Numbered from the whole stretch's first letter, positions 10,922 through 24,825 are shown. The stretch is 58,440 nucleotides of DNA, filler included, from Sphacelaria rigidula (GCA_964200075.2; 9 parts of 9 records of this genome joined end to end with filler, not necessarily neighbours in it); one strand, 5' to 3'. Notes: a model not told the origin generated them from the sequence alone. Made by a program: numbers and translations.

Positions 10922-11662
10922 CACTCTTTTGTACGAGCTATTTTACTTGCATTTCCACACCGCCCGATTAATAAAAGCCACTTGTGTGAATCTGTGTCCG
11001 ATTACCTCAACCTCTTGTCCGTGAGGGTAGCCCATCTCGATAATGCGATACTTCTTCCGAGTGAAATTGATACCGATTCAACAGATGGCCTACTCTCGCT
11101 GTCTGCGGGTTAAACGCTTACACCGCGACCAGGAGGGTACCGTAGTGGATCGAGATCGTACACACTTTTTTCAAGTGAAATTCATGTCGATTCGAAACAT
11201 TACCTACTCTGGCAGTCGAAGTGCTAAGAGTAGGTCAGATGACTCCAGAATTTTAACGTTAAAAAATCACCCCAGTTCCAAGCTTTTCCGAGGTTTTCTG
11301 GATTATTGGTCGTTTGTCCAAGAAAACGCGCAAATCTGGCAAAAATACCAACTGTGGCCACCGGAAAAAAAAACGCAAAAGTTTTCTGGAACCGTGTCAA
11401 CGAGTGTCATTGCAAGCCATTCCAAGGTGTCAATATCCGCCTACTGTAGCTCCCCTTCAGGGCGTAAAAAAGGCAATTTTTCGGAATGTTTTTTCGTTTG
11501 CCATACGAAGGGGCCTAACCACAAGGATGGGTTTTGAAAGCATAAGTACAGATCTGGCAGAGGGATACATACGCATGAGCACAGGAGGCACATTACTAAA
11601 AAATGCCGAGAAATACCGTGACATGGCGGCAAAACGTAGTTTTGAAGGGACCACGGACGACT

Positions 11663-12393
11663 TTAACCCTTAAACAGCCAGCGTCGCCTCCGAACAGCTT
11701 CAAAAGGCTGACGGTCCGGAGACATCCGGGGTTTCCAGGGAGCGGGGAGGGTGGTTTTTGAAGGGGAGGGGGAGGGGGGGGTTGCGTCTGTCCGCAGAAC
11801 AGCCGGAAAGGACACGAAGTCAACCATGTATGATTGGAAGTTTCCCGCGGAATATTCCAAGCCAGGAACGAGGTTCGAGAGGCGCGGAATGACCATTCTG
11901 ACCAATCACGGCTGTCAAAGTGGTCACTTTGTTCCCTTCCAGATGGACTACTTCAACGTCTAGCCTTATTTCCCACTGAGGTCACGAAAATTCAACCATA
12001 GATTACATGGGCACAGATGACGTGTTTTTTACTCTGCTCGTGGTGTATGCCGCCTGCCTGACCCCTTACGCGTTGTCAGTATAGCTTCACACTGCCTGTA
12101 GTGTTGTTGTGGAACACTAAGCAGAGACAGCAGCACCATACAGTGACTGTGCTCAGCGGACAGCGATGGCACGCCTGCTGTTCCTTGCCGTGGTATCCAG
12201 CGAAGACATACAGCACACACACACTGACTCTGCAAGCAATAGGTTGCAGAGTTAAAACTGGTCAGGGGTTCTCTGGGACTATTTTTCATGTAGATGCCAA
12301 ACATTCATATATTCATGGAAATGGGCGTTTTGTGTAGCGAGAAAGGAGCTGTTCTGAACCCAACCCACCTACCGGGGGCTCGCTAAGGGTTAA
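11663..12393. mobile_element. piggyBac-type non-autonomous element (~723 bp) with TTAA target duplication
   Basis: TTAA-CCCTTA... at 11663 and ...TAAGGG-TTAA at 12393. Homologous pieces lie at 19592-19665, 21300-21594, 22123-22474, 22553-22840 and 26225-26773. TTAA plus CCC/GGG termini are established piggyBac hallmarks. Confidence 0.88.
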
Positions 12394-12831
12394 CCCCTCA
12401 GAGTACTTACAGATCCGCGAGAAAATTAAAAGAGAGGAGACACGATACGGTGCACAACACCGAAAAATAAAAAATAAAAACTTTGGACAAACACAACCAA
12501 TGGAGAAGAGAAAAAAAAATGCGTGAGAAACAATAAAAAAAACAAAAAATAAATAATACGTCGGGAACACAAAACCGAAACACATCACATCGACTAATCC
12601 AAAAACCGAGGGGAATAAAAAATACAAGGTGGAGGAATGAAACGAATCGAACATGCATTTCTAAAGGTGCGCAAAAACAACACACAAATTGGATAATGAA
12701 AATATTTTACAATTTCCCAAATCCCGAAAGGATTGGTCCGGAGAGAATGTATTCTTTCTTATTTCAGCCACATTTTTAAAACCCCTCCTCTACCTTGGGA
12801 CGAGTCCGTGGTCTCCGGGGATCAACCCATC

Positions 12832-12873
<42 letters not shown>

Positions 12874-13010
12874 ACCTCCTATCATCATCATTGCCGCTAT
12901 CTAAAAGCGGNNNNNNNNNNNNNNNNNNNNNNNNNNNNNNNNNNNNNNNNNNNNTTAATTAATTAANNNNNNNNNNNNNNNNNNNNNNNNNNNNNNNNNN
13001 NNNNNNNNNN

Positions 13011-13507
13011 AGAGAACAGTAGTAGCGCTGACGGGATCATTGCCCTGTTTTTCAGCGCACAGAAGCGCGTCCTGTCCAAAAGGAGAGGCAGAGAGAAATT
13101 GATCTTCGCGTCGGTGAGCTTCAGAGACAAGAAGAGACGAAATCTCTCCGCAGCTTGATGTTCTTTCGGGATACCTACCGGCACATGAAAAATTCGGTAC
13201 GTGCTGGTAACATGCATGATGCCAGTCTCTCGAGCGATTGGTAATCGCCCAGCGAGGGCACACTAAGGTCACGGGCGAGGAGCTTCCTCTCTGTCGTTGC
13301 TTCTCTCTCTGGTGATATCGTCATCGACACGCGTGTACACCGCAGTCGTTCGGTGCATTTAGCCACAACTGATGATTCACTGGTGCAGAGTTTAGGGTGG
13401 AAAGATGGTTTCGCGCTGTGTTACTGTTTCGCGTCATCTCTGTAAAAGATATATGCCACTTGAACCTCAATTTTGAGATCGACCCCATTTTTCAGGATCC
13501 GCTGTTA
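13011..13507 (-). mobile_element. Terminal part of the TAACAGTGGAT-terminus element family (homologous to 54826-55650 and 18993-19170)
   Basis: The reverse complement matches contig 9 (GGTGTACACGCGTGTCGATGACGATATCACCAGAGAGAG...). The segment ends GGATCCGCTGTTA. Confidence 0.75.
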
Positions 13508-14174
13508 AATGATGGGTGAGGGTTTTCGTGCAAACGAACCTGATTGCCGAGTATATTTTGTGCGGGAAATGAGCCATTTCTTTCTTCTTTGTTTTGCGGT
13601 CGGGGCATCCGTAGTCTGATGATCGCAATGATGTCGCAGTAATTTGTCATGTTTGTTAGCTATGCACATTGATCAGTTTTTCATGATAGTTGTTGATGGG
13701 GTAAGCGAGCATCTACATGTCTGTACAGAGGAGAACAATGACATGAGTGTGTGTTGGTTCCTTGTCGTCATGTAAAAACAAATGAACGAATGGGCTCATA
13801 TCTCGTATATAGAAAACCGTACATCAGTTCCGTTTAGTCGAGCAAGCAATCCATGTATCAACTGCTTGGGTAATACCGTACGCAGGAAATATTGCGCGGG
13901 GGAAATATTGTACGTTGGAGGGCTTCTGGTTGACAAGATGCGTATGTTGATCGGAGCTGCGCGGGCGAGCAACCCGTGCAACGGCTCGGAACCTATACTA
14001 CTTGTGGGGATCTCGGGTGGATTTCCTTGGTTTCCCGCGCGCGGGTAATGAATGCTCAGAGTGAAAATACTGTTGGGGCACGCGACGAATTAGTTGTATC
14101 TCGTACACCTGCTCACTGATGGATGACCATTTTGCGGGTCGTTAGTGATGTTGGTGTGCATGCAGAAATGTACG

Positions 14175-14433
14175 CAGTCATCCTCCTACGAAAGGGGGGG
14201 GGGGGGGGTATTTAGTTGCACGAAAAAAGAGGCTCATAGGTGTGTCAGACGACCTGCCACACTTCCGTTGCGCTTGTATTTGGTTTTGAACGGTGTCAAG
14301 CGGTATGAATGAGTGTTATCAATCCACAACAAGCTCGTTCGAACAACCGCTGCTGCTTTCAGCGACGAGTTGACTCGGAATTTCGTGCAAGAAGTGGCCC
14401 AAAATACACCCCCCCCCTATCGTAGGATGACTC
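14175..14433. mobile_element. MITE with 4-bp target duplication TACG
   Basis: TACG-CAGTCATCC...ACGAAAGGGG / CCCCTATCGTAGGATGACTC-TACG. Confidence 0.65.
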
Positions 14434-15089
14434 TACGAACTACCCCGATACCGTGGTGACGTACATGTACACAGTGGATGTGGTGATCGCAATTCGGTTG
14501 TAGATCCAGCAGTGACAGCACACGTCGTCACACTAATATTGTACAATACTCCAGCGATATAACGGGATACCTGTAAAACACAAGGGTGGGTGTTGCTTCC
14601 AAGTGAGCGGTGCTAAATATCTTGTTTTCTCTTCATGGGGCTGATGAGACATTTTCCCGGTTAGGTTGGCGATATTTCATGTCATTTGTGTATTTACATG
14701 TGGTCATCTCTTGGTATGGGGGTTGGCGTATGATAACAACATCCCATGGAAGACGATGGTGCATACAGCATACATCGTGGCAAGGTGATCATGAGTGTCA
14801 CATCAGTTTACCTGTTTCTCCTCGCCCCGGTGTGGCGAAACCAATCTGTTCATGGACCCGCATAAACAAAAAACGTATATGCGAACTGTTCGAACCGATC
14901 GCGCGACCAATTTTGATGTCACTATACGAGACTGCCAGGTCTCGCGTTCTCGGCATGATGCACAGGATATACCGTGCATGGAAGGTTCTCGTGCTGCTTC
15001 GGAGTACGCGCCTAGTCTCTAGTTGAACCACCTGCTGTTTTACTTGGCGAGTCACGTGAGTGCTCAAAGCCTTGGTCAATGACCAGTCG

Positions 15090-15310
15090 TCTGTGTTTAC
15101 CTTGGCTCGATGTTCCTCGCGATGTGTTGCTGCTCCTTTGATTTTCAGCACCCAGTGTAAAGGTTATTGATCGTTGGCAAGGAATATATGACCATTTGTG
15201 TACGATTGCCCAACCAACTAGGACAACTGTCGCCAATCGCGCCAGCAGACCGCAAGCCGTGACCGCATCAGGTGCCGGTACAGCGAAGTTGGAGCTGGAT
15301 AAACAGGGAG
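15090..15310 (-). pseudogene. Possible highly decayed LTR-retrotransposon RNase H fragment
   Basis: Cross-frame pieces LATVVLVGWAI and FLANDQ*PLHWVLK resemble ELxAVVWA and TDHxPLxW. The match is weak. Confidence 0.25.
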
Positions 15311-15654
15311 GTTAGCCATTGTGACCCTGCCCTCGCAGGCAGAAATCGTTGCGAGCCTCAGTGTGCTAAGGAGGTGTGCTATGTCAGGTGGACTCAAGCA
15401 TATGATACGCACTGCCCATCTACCTTGCGGTCAAGCTCTCCAACAAACATGCGCTACTCTGCGAACCGAACTGAATAATTGTTCATTTTATCCTACAAAT
15501 TTAATGTGAGTGAGTGCATCCGCTGCTCCTGCTGTCTCGGAAATGGCCACCATGTCACACAAGCAAGGTTTGCGCATACGTTGGACATTAGGGTAGTCTA
15601 CTAGTTGGGTGCATTATCTGCGTAAGGTGTCCTCGCACCCTCGAATTACCGTGA

Positions 15655-15902
15655 GACTAATGCCGAGATAGCCCCCCCACAAAAAGTGCACCGGAGACCG
15701 TTCGACAAACCGGCTGCGATCCCACTATTGGGCTTGTTTGCAGCAACTTTGCCCACACGAGAGGTGTGTAGTAATTTGAAATCAGCTATAACGCTCACTT
15801 GAATCGCGTCGTACAACACGAACCAGCTCTAACGGCATTTACGATCATCGCATCCGTGCACGTTTTTGGCCGGTTCGGGGAGGGGCTATCTCGGTAGCAG
15901 TC
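15655..15902. mobile_element. MITE with 4-bp target duplication GTGA
   Basis: GTGA-GACTAATGCCGAGATAGCCCC ... GGGGCTATCTCGGTAGCAGTC-GTGA. Confidence 0.7.
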
Positions 15903-16296
15903 GTGACTATCTTACTCTGTACTGTAGTGAAACTCCTTCTCGTAGGTCACGTGGTCGGTCATCGGTAAGGTGCTTCTTTCATGAGTGAAGTAGGTCTTGG
16001 CATTTATGCCATGCATTGTCCACCCCTTCCCTTCATTAGGCGCTTTTTGCAAATATTGTCGGGAATTTCCGGAAATGGCTGACCAGACTTCCACCGCCGA
16101 AATGAAGCCGGTAAGGTTTTACAGGTATTTCCTCACGAGACCCCAGCCTCCACGTGAATTTGACATGGAGAGGGTGATGACCCTACCCTACCCGTACTGG
16201 TTATATCTTCTGTATTTTTTATTTGCATGTAAGGCGGTCAACCTTCACGCTGTTGTTTACATGTCTAGGTGTTGGATTTATTATTTTCTTGCGTTT

Positions 16297-16576
16297 AACA
16301 CTATATTCGTGAGATTCAGGTGTAGTTTCAGATTCAGAGTCAGGATCTCAACCGGAAGAACTGTTTTCTTTATGGTCGTTTCTTATGCGAAACAGTTCGC
16401 GTCACTGACCAACCAACAATGGAGGCTGTGAAAACACGCACGTTTATTACTCGGATTTGTTGATTAGTGACGCGAACTGTTTCGCATAAGGATTGACCAC
16501 GAAGAAAACAGTTCTTCCGGTTGAAATCCCGACTCTGAATCTGAAACTACACTCTGAATCTCACGAATATAGTGTT
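16297..16576. repeat. Long inverted repeat (~118-bp arms, ~40-nt loop)
   Basis: AACACTATATTCGTGAGATTCAG...CAGTTCGCGTCACT pairs with AGTGACGCGAACTG...CTGAATCTCACGAATATAGTGTT. Confidence 0.92.
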
Positions 16577-16611
16577 GTTAGTTATAGTATGATGGGGAAT
16601 AATCTCATATT

Positions 16612-16945
16612 TTCTCCGCGACTCCATGTCTATGTGTAGGCTGTGTTACAGTAAGTTAAGTGAAAAGGAGGGTTAGCTTCTGTATTCCATGTCTATGTCC
16701 GGGCTGTGTTATAGCAGATTAAGTAAATGACCGGGCCTTGTTATGGTAGGTGATATAATATGGAGGGTTAGCTTCTCTATTCCATGTCCATGTCCGGGCT
16801 GTGTTATAGTAGGCTAAATAAAGGGGGGTTAACTTCTCTATTCCATGTCTGTGTCCGGGCTGTCTTATGGTAGGTTAAATAAAGGAGAGTTAGCTTCTCT
16901 ATTTCATGTTCATGTCCGGGCTGTGTTATGTGAGGTCAGATAAAA
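16612..16945. repeat. ~60-bp minisatellite, about 5 copies
   Basis: Unit close to TTAGCTTCTCTATTCCATGTCTATGTCCGGGCTGTGTTATAGTAGGTTAAATAAAGGAGGG. Confidence 0.9.
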
Positions 16946-19900
16946 TGTGTTTCCGGGGGGAAACCATTGCGTTGTTCAATTTTTTCATGCTGTGTTCGTC
17001 GGTCCGGGATTATGATTCTAGTGGCGGTCCCCGGTATATGTACGATGACAGTCTGTACATTTGTCTAGCTTTTGGTGGCTTGTTTTACAGCGCCGTTGCC
17101 ACTTGACGCCAACCCAAGAGTCTAGAGGCGAGGGGTGGGGGGGGGGGGCTGTCGTAGAAAGTGTCCCACTGACATATGATTGTGGTGGAAAAGTGGAGAA
17201 AAGTGCCACAAATTTACCATTATTGTGGGGGGTCCGGTCTCAAAAGAGTTAATGGTTGTGGCGTAAGGGTTAGTAACATGTGGTCGTCGCGGCGTTCTTG
17301 TATTCGAGTGAACAGGCTTTTCAGCATAGTCTACGGTAATGATTGAGAAATGGTACAGAGATACTTGTCTTTCCGAGTTTTGACAGTTACATGCGGTGGG
17401 ATTTGCCACCAAAGTAGGCGTATGTATTGTTCTTACGTACGAAATGTCTGGTTGAGAGGCGCCGCTCCTCATAGTGTTGGGTAGCCACCACAATCGCTCT
17501 CTTCTCTTTGCTCTGTCTGGCTATGTTATACTACTCTTCAACAACATGATCGCCTCGGGCGTGTCCTTTGATGGACTTCACCAGTCGTGTCCATTTGCCC
17601 CTGTGTATGGATCACGTATCAAGGACCACTCTAGAGTCCGAGTGATTTGCCAACGGCTTGTTGTCCAAACCTTCGACCAAGATGACAACACAAAGAGACG
17701 CGGCCATACCCCCAACCGCGACCGGGGACGACGTAGACGTCAGAGGCAGTGTATGTAACACAAAGGCAGCGATGTCCCGATTAATGCACGAAGCACTGCC
17801 CGCGGGCGGGGAGAAGAAGTCAGGTGGTGAGACTCACCTCACCACGCGCACGGAATTTGGCATGTCCCTGCGCCGAACGGTCGGAACACCAGTTCAGGCC
17901 AGCTCTGGGGAGTGGCCTTTGTTTCAGGGGTATCCACTGCACCTGCGGGAGACGTGTTCTGCGAAAACGCCGTCACCACTCAGCTGCAACACTGTGCAGG
18001 GGGTGGGCGCCGTCTACCTTGCGTGCGGAGAAGGGGTACAGAAGATTCATCGCGGGACACATATCCCAAACGTGAGTACTACACCGGATGGCGTGGTGCC
18101 GCGGGGATTTATGGATGTTGTCAAGGTGTTTATACTTCCTGTGACTATCCACGCTGTGATGGGTTTTGATTTTGTGAGTGGAGCCAAATCAGTCACATGA
18201 CAATAATGGGGACGAAACGTAATGGTGGTGGTAAGCGTGTTTGCAGGCGGCTGCTCATCAGCGTGTTCCAGACGGATACGGGGATTCAATTTGTGGCGCT
18301 GTAATATGCTTATCATGTTCCAACAGTAGGGTGAGATGTTAGGGGATCTGAGCTGAAGCAACCATTTAACTAAAACCTGCTTGGTACGTTTTCCCCATCT
18401 CGGCGGGACAAAGTTTCTCGAGAGGATAGTCGGTGCGACGCGACCTGCGGTTGTTTGTGACAAAATAACTGGGCCAACAGGTAAACTTAGACGGTGTACT
18501 GTACGCTGATGTATGATGAAAAAAGAGATTGCCCACTAGAACCTCTCGTGTGTTGTAAAACATGAAAGACTATTAGGCTTGGTACAGTAGGTGGATGACC
18601 TTCATCGGCGTTGAGACCCTCTTTCACAGGAACATACCGATCTCGACGTGGTGAATTGCACCTTTTTCCATGATCCCTGAAAGTGTAGGTTACCGTTCTC
18701 CTAGGTCGGCAGGTTGACGATGAAATGTGCTTATTGTCTTTTCGGGTAGATGACTCGATTGCGTGATGTCGGTATGTGACCGACATTGGGACCTTTTTAC
18801 AAGGATGTACCGTTCACAACGTTGGAGTATTACACTATTCGCTTTCCCTTAGAGTGTAGGTTGATATCCCCTAACTTGGTTCGCTGACGGGTAGATGCCT
18901 CCATTGCATGTATAGCACGACCCACCCTCCCTTGGTGTGTAGGTTGAATTTCCCTTACTTGGTTGGTTGACGGGAAATATGTTTTCAGTACCTAACAGTG
19001 GATCCTAATATTTGGGGTTCATCTCTGAAATGGGGTTGAAGTGGCATTTCTCTCTTGCAGGGAAGACGCGAAACGCTTGCGACCGAGCGAAGCCATCTTC
19101 CCCCCCAAATGTCCGCAGCAGTTGAGCAGCTGTGGCTAGGTGCACCTAACGAATGCGATGTACACACGTAACAGAAGATTCTATCAAATAAGGTTCATCA
19201 ATGAAATGAGATTCGAGCCCAAAACAGAACTTTCTCCACACTTTCAGCGATGGTGCCCGATGCTTTTTTTGTCGGCCTAATGACCCTCGATCGCGTAGAT
19301 ACTTTTTCAGCGCATTTTATCGACTCTGTGAGCTTACAGCGCTAACCGAAACTTCTGTTTTCCCTGACATCGCCCCCCCCCCCTAAAACATAAGTAGAAA
19401 TGGATGTTTTAGACANNNNNNNNNNNNNNNNNNNNNNNNNNNNNNNNNNNNNNNNNNNNTTAATTAATTAANNNNNNNNNNNNNNNNNNNNNNNNNNNNN
19501 NNNNNNNNNNNNNNNAAATACATTTTTCCGGGTTTTTATTTTTGTCTATTATAGGAAGCGGCCTTAGCTTATACCCGAAATCCCCTTGTAACCCCTAGAC
19601 AGCGAGCGTCGCCTCGGAACAATTTCACAGGCTGACAGTCCGGAGACATCCAAGGGTTTCCACGCCAGAAACGTTTATTACTTGGTGGGTATTTGATTTT
19701 AGTATGATGTAAATCCGGATCTTTAATGGGAGTGCTGTGCTCGTAGCGCGCACAGAACGCGTTTTTGTCGAAATCGGCGCCTGGGGCTCCGATTTGAGGT
19801 CCGATAACGCATCACTTTGCCCGGGGGATACTCTGTACCCCCCTTGCCCGACGGTTCTCTGTATGCCTTCGTTGGAGTTAGGGTTATTATCATTATATAC

Positions 19901-22122
19901 CACATATGTATGAGCGCTATGACATCCAAATACACATGTAAGCCGGAGAAACAGTCTCGGGAACGGGGTCTGCCAGTGACAGACATGAGCGGATACAAAC
20001 GTTCAAACCTGCAAAACTGGATCTTCGGCAACCTAGGCAAACCGGGTCTACGGTACAAGAGCCCAACGATGGGGTCACCGCATGAACCCTGGTGGAACGT
20101 AGGTTGTACGACCGTACCACCTCATTCACTTCTTCTCCTTGCCTACCATCGGTCACGGCCGCATCCTTGCCCAAACGACAAGAAAGAGAATTACGCCTCG
20201 CTCTGGAGATCCTTCGGCAGCAAGGTACGACAACGTCCTTCTCCGGGACCCGTAACTCTACTGCCTCACCCCTGGCGAAGCTTACTAGTAGTTCACATCA
20301 GTACCACTTTCATCGAGACCGTTAATTTTTTTGTCTCCCTTTTCTCCTTCCTTTCGACTCTCTTTCCTTTCCGTTCCTCGTGCTCTCTTTTTCGATATTT
20401 GATCGAACGTTTCATTAATAAGACACGACCTCACTCGGTACCCGAAAACCATCAACACATAGAGCAAAAATATACTTGTAAACAAAAGCTGGGATGAAGC
20501 AGTGTAAGGGAGGTCGTCTTAACTCTATGCGCGCACATATGTTACCAAGACGATTTTGTATTGCAGGGGTCTGGAAAAACAAAAAAACACAGGACAAGAA
20601 CTGCTAGACTCTCTGGTTCGTAATTTGCTCACTCCTGCAATACAAAAGCTACGCTCCATCCACGTACGGTCACGTTCATTGCTGTCACCTTCAAGGTAAC
20701 GAGTAACACTTGCACCAAGCATCATCTACAGTATCAAGTACACTGCGGTTCCTTGTGGTGGGTGCTGCTTCTGCCTACAGGCGGAGCTGGCTACACTATT
20801 TTGAGGGTCACTCTTGGGCAGATACTGTACAGTGTACCTCTGCTGCGCTGGCCGTACCGATAGGTGCGTTTTGCCTGTCCCGTGCGGTCGGCGCCATGTG
20901 ACGATCTTTTAGAAATAGTGTTAACGCAGGATTGACCGCAACAGAGGGAGAAATACGATCCACAACGACAACAGACCGGCCTACCATGCTCCGTTCCACC
21001 GACATCGAACGCCGATCACACACCCGTCTTGGCACCGCCAGTCAGCGCGAGCTAGAAAAAACAACAAAAGCGATGCTCGCAGCTGCGGTGTTTCGCTGGT
21101 GCCTCCATGTGTCCAAAGAGACTCGAAAGAATGGCGTCGACCACCGCGACCAGTAGCCACGTGGGGAATATCAAGTGTCAAGAGCACTCACGCCGCACAG
21201 CGATCCGTAGTGCCACGGTCGGCTTAGTGATACGCGTCATCTGACATTTGCGACGGGAACAATTCAACGGCGACCTCTGTTCTGCCGTTGCTTGTTCAAA
21301 GACTGCTGACATCAGCAACATGCAGTAGACTGTGTTCAGTGGGGGGCGATGGCACGCTCACCGTCTCTTGCCAGCGGAGACAAACACCACACATACATGC
21401 CGACGCTGCACGAAATTGGCTGCAGGGTCAAAACTGGTCAGGGGTTGTCCAGCTCTATTTTCCATGTAGATGCCAAACATCCACATGTTCATGAAAAAGG
21501 CGTTTTGTGTAGCGAGAAAAGAGCTATTCTGAATCCCAGATGTGGCATAGTCCAACTCAGTCCACCTGCGGGGGGGTCGTTGTCTAAGGGTTAAGCGCCC
21601 GCCGTCCTGCACCTAGCTTTTTTATTCGTTTTTTCAGCCGGAGGTTCGGAGTAACTGTTTGTGGCGGAGACACAACGCCTACAGAGGAAGGCTGTTGCCA
21701 CGAACATGCGCGCATGACATACATTGCAGCACTATAGTGGAGCACAGTCTGCAGTTATTCGTGCACACGGCAGGGCCACTAGCACTGCCGTCTCATCATT
21801 ATCAACAAAACTGAAGACAGTAGTACAGGAGCAATGATCGTGCTAAGATGTTGTACTTCCATGCATGCATGTGGTCAACATACACAACTGAACTCGAAGC
21901 GTTTGTTTATGAACAGTGCAGTCAATACAACAGTCTGTAGTTATTTGTGCATACTATATAGAGAGGTGTTCCGCTCTGTATTACCCGGATATCCGCTCAG
22001 AATTGGCTTGTTCCCGATCCCCTCCGAAGCAGACAAGTCTGACGGAGGAACCCATCAATCCTCCGCGTAACGTTTGCCGCTGCTGTACCATCCCCAATAA
22101 AGCGCGACCCCAAAAAAGAAAA

Positions 22123-22474
22123 TTAACCGTTAGACAGCGACCCCCCCGCCGATGGACTGAGTTGGACTATGCCACACTTGGGATTCAGAATAACTCTTTT
22201 CTCGCTACACAAAACGCATTTTTGATGAACATGTGGATGTTTGGCATCTGTATAGAAAATCGTACCGGAGAACCCCTGACCAGTTTTGACCCTGCAGTCA
22301 ATTGCGTGCAGCGTCGGCATGTATGTGTGCTGTTTGTCTTCGCTGGCAAGCGACAGTGAGCGTGCCATCGCCCCCCACTGAACACAGACGACTGCATGCT
22401 GCTGACCCTCGGATGCCTCCGGCTTGTCAACCTGTGAAATTGTTCCGCGGCGACGCCCGCTGTCTAAGGGTTAC
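22123..22474 (-). mobile_element. Short (344-bp) deletion derivative of the piggyBac-type element
   Basis: TTAA-CCGTTAGACAGCG ... CGCTGTCTAAGGG-TTAC. It is an inverted copy of 21300-21594. Confidence 0.85.
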
Positions 22475-24825
22475 AAGGGGATTCCGGGTATAAGCTAAGC
22501 GGGAACTCGAACAGTTGTCCCGTCGATAATAGACAGGGGTGCATGCAAATGTCTATGCTGGCAACACATGAGATATCAGGCAGGCGGTATGCACCAAAAG
22601 CACGTTGTTCGTGTCCATGTTATTTATAGTTGAATCGTGAGAACCAAAATGAGGAATCGGGTGGGCAGCGAAGTAGTCCGTCCACCTGTAGTCCACCTGT
22701 AGGGGAACAAAGCGACCATTTTGATAGCCGTGATTGGTCAGAATGGTCTTTCCGCACCCCTCGGACCTCGTTCCTGGCCTAGGATCTTCCGCGGGAAACT
22801 TCCAAACACGCATGGTTAACTTTGTGAGCTTTCCGGGTGCTCTATGAACAGACAGGTACTATGCGGACTGACCCCCCCCCACCCCCCGTGGAAGAGGTCA
22901 TTTTACCACTTGGTAGGTATGGGAAGTTTCTCGGAAATTTATGATTTTGAATAAAACTACCATTAACTCTAATAAACCAGAAATAGCCAGCGCCTGCCCT
23001 ATAGCTTCGGGTGAAGAAGGTCATGCGCAGGAAAAAAACTGGAGCACAAACACCCACGAAACAAAAACAAAATGCCGTAGGAACAGGTAGTGGCTTGACT
23101 ATTTGGGAACCGCACTCCAACAATTAGGCATACTGTATACTCTCACTCATGGTGCATTTTTTTAACAATATTCCCCGAATCTTAGTCCCACAAGAATCAA
23201 GAAAATGGCGAATGTCTCAGCCCACAAATCACAGTCATTTTTTTCTAAGCCCATAATCGAGGAAATGATACATCAAATCCAAGTAGTTAGGCTGCCAGAC
23301 GCCACCGGACTTCTAAAAACAAAGTTGGTTTACGCGCTGAAAGTACTTTCATCAACTCGGAGCAAGGTTGTACAGTGTGTTCGAGAGATTAGGAGGATTT
23401 GACTGCGAGTCAGAAAGGCCGAACTCATGTAGCGATTGAAAAGTGCCCATGAGGGAATTCATTTTTCGAGTAATTTTTAGACTGCAACCCGACCCTGTGG
23501 GAGAGATGTACGACACAATCATGTACTGTACATAAATTCTGCAAGGGCCATCATACTGCCTTAATTTATGGTGGTTTTCTGCAACTGCCCAAGTTGTGTC
23601 TACGAGTACAAGGTCGAAGGGGGGGGTGGTGAGCCGGGGGGGGGGGGAAGGGAAATGATGTGGTGGTTGGACGGAGATGTTAACTGAGGAAACTAAATAC
23701 CACGAACAAGAAGACATCACATGATGGAAGAATTGCTGGGTGCACCGAAGCAGTGGCAGTGTGCAGCAAGCAAGAACCAACACTTAATTACACGAGGTGC
23801 AAAGGTAACAACAAGCAGCCCATATGCCCCTCGGTACGCTCACAGCCGCAGTGAGGGCTGGCGTTCTCTCGGTGCAAGGCCCTGCTTCTAGGTTGCGTAG
23901 CATGTGCATAGGTCAGTGATCACGCACACCCACCAATCGGATTTTGGATGTCTGAACACACCGGCGCAGCATGAAAGACAACACGCGGTACTGCACGGTG
24001 CATGGTTGGCAGGTTTTGTGTCGTGACAGGGTCGACACACCCTTGAAGGCTGTCTTTCTGTTCTACCTGGACTTAATGCTGTTGCACTCTGCTGTGTGGT
24101 GCTGTCTGTAATGCTGTTTCTGCGCTTATTTCCGGATGGGCGTCGTGGTTTTTGCCCGCTTTGTAGCGTTCGAGGCGGTGTCGGGTGAAGTTGACGAGCC
24201 CGATGTTTTCTGATATGACGTAACTCGGGGGTGCCTCTGGACCGATTGGGATTAAATGCATAATGAAGGCTATTGAGAGTTGAAATCATCAAGAACTATA
24301 TGCAATCGTTCATCAATGGATGTATGTGTTTCTTGCGCCTCTTTGCATGGTATCGCGGACCCCCAGCTTTCATTACGGAACAAGAGCTTTCCTACCTAGT
24401 AGTACCACGGTGACGTACTGCCACAACACACGAAGTAAACCGAGATACGGATAGGTCCCGCAAAAGATAACCATCCGGGAATAGTCGGAAATTCATGTCA
24501 CCTACATGAAAACCTTGAAGATGACAGTTTTCGATTTCCTTTGAGGCCCTTAGGGCTGAAGAGGCTTCTACTGATCCGAAATTCAAAAAGTGTCCGTCCT
24601 GTCCCTCCGGACCTCATTACGAAGCTCCGAACCACGCACTTTTTATTCCCGGACTGATTCGAGGCCGCGCTGCGCAAAAAAACCATCCCATCGCTCTGCT
24701 AACACCAATCGAGACACCCTCAACATGTTTCAGCTTCATAGGTGCCCATGGCGTTGAGTTTCGCTTCTGTCTCTGGGCGCACTCGAGAACACCCCCAACT
24801 CTACCCCTTTTGACCAGAGCGAGTC

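Noticed and set aside
17658..18400. 180-aa ORF and a nearby DTG triplet as retroviral gag/protease
   Set aside because: No supporting motifs. It may be decayed retroelement but cannot be supported by eye.
19817..20497. 226-aa ORF as a gene
   Set aside because: Non-ATG start, no recognisable domain, low-complexity T-rich tail.
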